Source: Candidatus Eiseniibacteriota bacterium (GTDB taxonomy: Bacteria > Eisenbacteria > RBG-16-71-46). Taken from it: DNA of 18,461 bases. The position numbers and the translations under genes are program-made. Positions 15,638 through 18,461 of this stretch are shown piece after piece; positions within the stretch are counted from its first letter, which is position 1; each line of letters opens with the position of its first letter. The notes under the pieces were generated by a model. That model was given only the letters and a program-made list of their open reading frames with translations. It ran no database searches and was not told the origin of the DNA. The stretch is from NCBI GenBank assembly GCA_031370785.1, contig JANMQY010000110.1, positions 1 through 18,461 on the forward strand. Reading direction: 5' to 3'.

Positions 15638-15699
15638 GGTTGCCCTCCGTGAGTGGAAAACCCGGACCCAGCGAACGTCCCATCCTCTCGCACGCATTC

Positions 15700-15714
15700 G
15701 CACGCCCCGTGCCG
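15700..15714 (-). promoter_or_regulatory. Possible sigma54 (-24/-12) promoter for the beta-barrel gene
   Basis: Minus strand CGGCACGGGGCGTGC has GG-N10-GC spacing and a GGCACG core, 62 nt upstream of the ATG. Confidence 0.35.
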
Positions 15715-15808
15715 GAAACGTTCTTGCTAGCCCGTACGTAACTCTAGCGCAGCCGCAACACATTGCGCGCGAGCGAGGCCGGCGCCGTGGCGCCGCTGTC
15801 GCGCGGTG

Positions 15809-15837
15809 TTGCGAGGCTGCCGCACGGATGCTAGCGT
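15809..15837 (+). promoter_or_regulatory. Putative sigma70 promoter with extended -10
   Basis: TTGCGA (15809-15814), 17-nt spacer, TAGCGT (15832-15837) preceded by TG-n. A GAGG RBS and the ATG at 15862 follow. Confidence 0.55.
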
Positions 15838-15861
15838 GCCGCACCCTTTCACGAGGTCGCC

Positions 15862-16776
15862 ATGTCCCTGCCGCCCCTGCCGCTCCTGTCGTGCTTTGCC
15901 CTTCAATTGGCGCTCGCGGCGCTCGGCCGCGGTCCCTCGGCTCCTCCCGCCCGCGTCGATCTGGCCGCGACGGCCTCGTCTTCCCCCGGCCCGACCCTGG
16001 CACGCGAGGACACCATGCACACCTCGGTGCCCGAGATCCTGGTCAGCGCGCCGCGCGTGACGCTGAACGAGATCCTCGACCGCGTGGCGCGCGGCGAGGC
16101 GCACCGCGACTCGATGATGCGCGACCAGAGCTTCCGCAGCACGGTGCGGATGGTGGTGAACGTGACCGGACCCAAGCCTCCTCAGCTGTTTCAGGAGACC
16201 GTCGCCCAGGTCTACAAGAAACGCCCGAACAAGGTGCGCACGATCAAGCTGCGCGACTGGCGCGCGAAGCCGATCGCAAAAGAAGACGACGGCTTCAACC
16301 TCAACTTCGGTCCGAGCATGGGCGAGAGCATGGTCAACTTCGCGTTCCGGCCGAGCGCGCGACGCGACTATCGCTACCGGATCGTGGGCCGCGACCTGGT
16401 GGGCGATCACCTCGTGTACCGGATCGAGTTCGAGCCGCGCTCGCCGCTCGATCCCGCCACTCCGCGCGGTCTGGTCTGGGTGGACACCAACGACTTCGTG
16501 ATCCTGCGCCAGGAGATGGGCTTCACGCGCTCGCCGGTACCGCTGTTCCTCAAAGGCATCCCACGGATGGTCATCGAGCGCATGCGGGTCGGCGAATACT
16601 GGGTGATGCGGCGTGCGCTGTTGCGTGCCGAGACCACGATTCCGATCCCGAAATTCGGGAAATCGTTCGACATCGCGATCACGTTCGACAACTACGCGAT
16701 CAACACCGGACTGAGCGATTCGCTCTTCGCGACCTCCGGCGCGCGCCGCGCTGCAGAACACGCGGAGGCGAGATGA
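15862..16776 (+). CDS. Exported protein resembling the N-terminal (LolA/RseB-like beta-sheet) part of DUF5686-type proteins
   Basis: 304 aa with a hydrophobic N-terminus and a GAGG RBS. Linker VPEILVSAP, helix LNEILDRV, and the motif YRYRIVGRDLVGDHLVYRIEFEPR...GLVWVDTNDFVILR. Also ...YWV... and a C-terminal FDNYAINTGLSDSLF. Confidence 0.75.
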   Translation: MSLPPLPLLSCFALQLALAALGRGPSAPPARVDLAATASSSPGPTLAREDTMHTSVPEILVSAPRVTLNEILDRVARGEAHRDSMMRDQSFRSTVRMVVNVTGPKPPQLFQETVAQVYKKRPNKVRTIKLRDWRAKPIAKEDDGFNLNFGPSMGESMVNFAFRPSARRDYRYRIVGRDLVGDHLVYRIEFEPRSPLDPATPRGLVWVDTNDFVILRQEMGFTRSPVPLFLKGIPRMVIERMRVGEYWVMRRALLRAETTIPIPKFGKSFDIAITFDNYAINTGLSDSLFATSGARRAAEHAEAR

Positions 16777-18146
16777 GCGCCTCCCTGCGAATCCAGCCCC
16801 GCGGCGCCGCCTGCAGTTTCATCGCCGCGCTCGTACTGCTCGCGCTTGCCGCGCCCTCGCGCGCGGATGAGGCGCGGGCGGATACCACGCTCGATCGCTT
16901 CCTCGGCACGTTCTCGGACTCGACCGACGCCTACTTCGGGCCCGCGGCCGCGCCGCTCGACAGCGCCGGGCTCGATAGCGCACTCACCTACGGTCTCGAA
17001 AACCCGCGCGCGCTGGCGCGCCGCGGGCAATTTCAATTCAACCGGGGGCCGGATCTCGGATTCAACCGGGTGGACGGCCCGGTGTGGGGCGCCCGCGCGG
17101 CGATCGGCCGCCCGCGCATGCTGGGCGCTCTCGGCGGCCGGCTGCGCTACGCCGCGGGGCCAAACCTGTGGCTCGGGGGAGCGGCCTACGAAAGGGTGTG
17201 GCGTGCACGCCGCGCGTTCTGGCGCGTGAACGTGCTGGGCGGACGCTCGACCGACGACATGGATCGCACGAGGCGCGACCAGGGCGAGAGCTCGAGCCCG
17301 CTCGCCGATCTCAGCGCGCTGATCGGCGGGCAGGATCCGCGGCGCTTCCTGCGACGCGACGGATGGGAAGCGCGGCTCTCGCGCTCCGCCACCACCTGGA
17401 GCATCGGCGCCTCGTGGCGCGACATGCTCGAGAGCCCGCGCGCGGTAACCGCGGGCTGGAACCTCCGGCACTCGGCCCTGCTGGTGCCCGACAATCTTCC
17501 CGCGGCGTTCGGGCGCGCGCACGAGGCAACCTTCGACGCGACGCTGCGCACCCCGGGGCTGCCGCTGTTCGGCGAAGCGACCTACAGCGTCTCGCGCCGC
17601 GCGATGGGCAGTGACTTCGAGTATCGGCGCACCCGGTTCGCTCTCGCCGGGAACTTCGGGCTCGGCCGCATCGCGGCGCTGGTTCCGCAGGTCGCCTACG
17701 GCCGCCTGGTCGGAGAGCAGGTGCCGCAGGCCGCGTTCTACCTGGGCGGAGCGCGGATGCTCGGACGCTTCGACAGCGGCGAGCTCGGCGGCAGCGGTCT
17801 TGCCATCGCGCGGATCGACCTGCTCGGCGCCCAGGACGTGCTCGCGCTCGCCCATATCCCGCACCCCGCGACGTTCCCCCTACAGCTCGGCGTGCACGCC
17901 GCGAGCGGAGCGGTGTGGGGCGTGGATCCCTACGGTGGAGCAACGCGCCCGGGGGTCGATTGGCCGGACCGTGCCGAGTGGCGGAGCGAGACCGGGGCTT
18001 CCCTGATCTACCAGCCCGGGATCCCCGACCCGACCAGCATGCTGAGGCTCGATGTGATCTGGCCGGTCGGCGCCGGCAGCCACGAGACGCGCATCCGCGT
18101 GGGATACACGCGGGCCATGGGCCTGCTGCGCGCGTTCGAGGACTGA
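16773..18146 (+). CDS. Putative outer-membrane beta-barrel protein (resembles the C-terminal half of DUF5686-type proteins or Omp85-like barrels)
   Basis: The probable start is the ATG at 16773 (457 aa), with a GGAGG RBS and an ATGA overlap with the upstream stop. Signal peptide ...AALVLLALAAPSRA. FNRVDG motif at the barrel start, amphipathic strands, SDFEYRR, P.QAAFYLGG and ETGASL. Confidence 0.75.
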   Translation: MSASLRIQPRGAACSFIAALVLLALAAPSRADEARADTTLDRFLGTFSDSTDAYFGPAAAPLDSAGLDSALTYGLENPRALARRGQFQFNRGPDLGFNRVDGPVWGARAAIGRPRMLGALGGRLRYAAGPNLWLGGAAYERVWRARRAFWRVNVLGGRSTDDMDRTRRDQGESSSPLADLSALIGGQDPRRFLRRDGWEARLSRSATTWSIGASWRDMLESPRAVTAGWNLRHSALLVPDNLPAAFGRAHEATFDATLRTPGLPLFGEATYSVSRRAMGSDFEYRRTRFALAGNFGLGRIAALVPQVAYGRLVGEQVPQAAFYLGGARMLGRFDSGELGGSGLAIARIDLLGAQDVLALAHIPHPATFPLQLGVHAASGAVWGVDPYGGATRPGVDWPDRAEWRSETGASLIYQPGIPDPTSMLRLDVIWPVGAGSHETRIRVGYTRAMGLLRAFED

Positions 18147-18186
18147 GAGCTGTTCGAGACCGAGAGCCGTTCGAGGACGGAGAACT
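18134..18186 (+). repeat. Degenerate 17-18-bp tandem repeat, 3 copies, spanning the stop codon
   Basis: GTTCGAGGACTGAGAGCT / GTTCGAG-ACCGAGAGCC / GTTCGAGGACGGAGAACT. Confidence 0.7.
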
Positions 18187-18220
18187 AACGAAGAAGCCCC
18201 GGCGGATTTCTCCGCCGGGG
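18187..18220 (-). terminator. Intrinsic terminator hairpin, oriented for a minus-strand transcript and possibly bidirectional
   Basis: Perfect 10-bp stem CCCCGGCGGA (18197-18206) / TCCGCCGGGG (18211-18220). On the minus strand the loop is GAAA and the stem is followed by CTTCTTCGTT. Confidence 0.7.
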
Positions 18221-18439
18221 GCCTCCCGCCGCCCGACTCACTCCCCTTGCCGTGGCACCGTTCGGGGCCGAGCGGCGTGCCTTCTTTGCGTCTAGCGCGA
18301 GCGCTCCCGGGCTCGCTGGCCCGCTTCGGTTGAGTTGCCTCTGCACTCGGGCGCCGGGTCCCGCATCTCGTCGCGGCTGTCGAGGACCCGGCCCGGGTTT
18401 CGTGAGCCGCCATCGTGGTGCGGATGCCGCGCGCTTCGC

Positions 18440-18461
18440 TTACCACCAGAGCAGGCGCTGT
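18440..18461 (-). CDS. Possible 3' end of a minus-strand gene entering from the right edge
   Basis: The frame reads ...QRLLWW-TAA. It is too short to verify but is consistent with the minus-oriented terminator downstream. Confidence 0.25.

Noticed and set aside
15638..16003. N-terminal extension of the 384-aa beta-barrel ORF
   Set aside because: The signal peptide and GGAGG RBS define the start at 15637, and the extension overlaps the divergent gene.
15483..16772. N-terminal half of the 887-aa ORF, suggesting one fused protein or a frameshift
   Set aside because: This is off-frame read-through across the 304-aa gene. The ATG at 16773 has its own RBS, signal peptide and ATGA coupling.
18134..18186. 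Repeats considered as a mini CRISPR array
   Set aside because: The units are contiguous 17-18-mers with no spacers, and no cas genes are present.
18284..18292. GACGCAAAG on the minus strand, reminiscent of the c-di-GMP-I riboswitch
   Set aside because: The upstream GGCAAAC and GNRA-capped P2 stem are missing, and no downstream co-oriented gene is present to regulate.
17880..18446. 188-aa minus-strand ORF at the right end
   Set aside because: It runs through the terminator hairpin and antisense into the barrel gene, and its composition is low-complexity.

Overview
High-GC (roughly 70% by eye) bacterial window from a diderm organism, judged from its outer-membrane beta-barrel genes. It has no mobile element, CRISPR array, rRNA or tRNA. 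From left to right it holds: the 5' part of an unknown minus-strand gene; a secreted glutamate carboxypeptidase II-like M28 peptidase; a translationally coupled Mre11/SbcD-like nuclease and YhaN/SbcE-like SMC ATPase pair (membrane hairpin at the coil apex, non-canonical Walker A); a divergent membrane-anchored TPR protein; three tandem paralogous ~630-aa polytopic membrane proteins with C-terminal TPRs and shared invariant polar motifs; a hairpin-rich 336-bp spacer; endonuclease III (nth) with a long basic N-terminal tail and a probable leaderless promoter; a small outer-membrane beta-barrel; and a divergent two-gene pair resembling the two halves of a DUF5686-type outer-membrane protein. The window ends with a short tandem repeat, a terminator and a stem-rich non-coding stretch. 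The best candidate for an undescribed system is the triplicated membrane-TPR family, whose architecture suggests GT-C/TMTC-like glycosyltransferases. All family calls come from reading motifs by eye; no database search was run.
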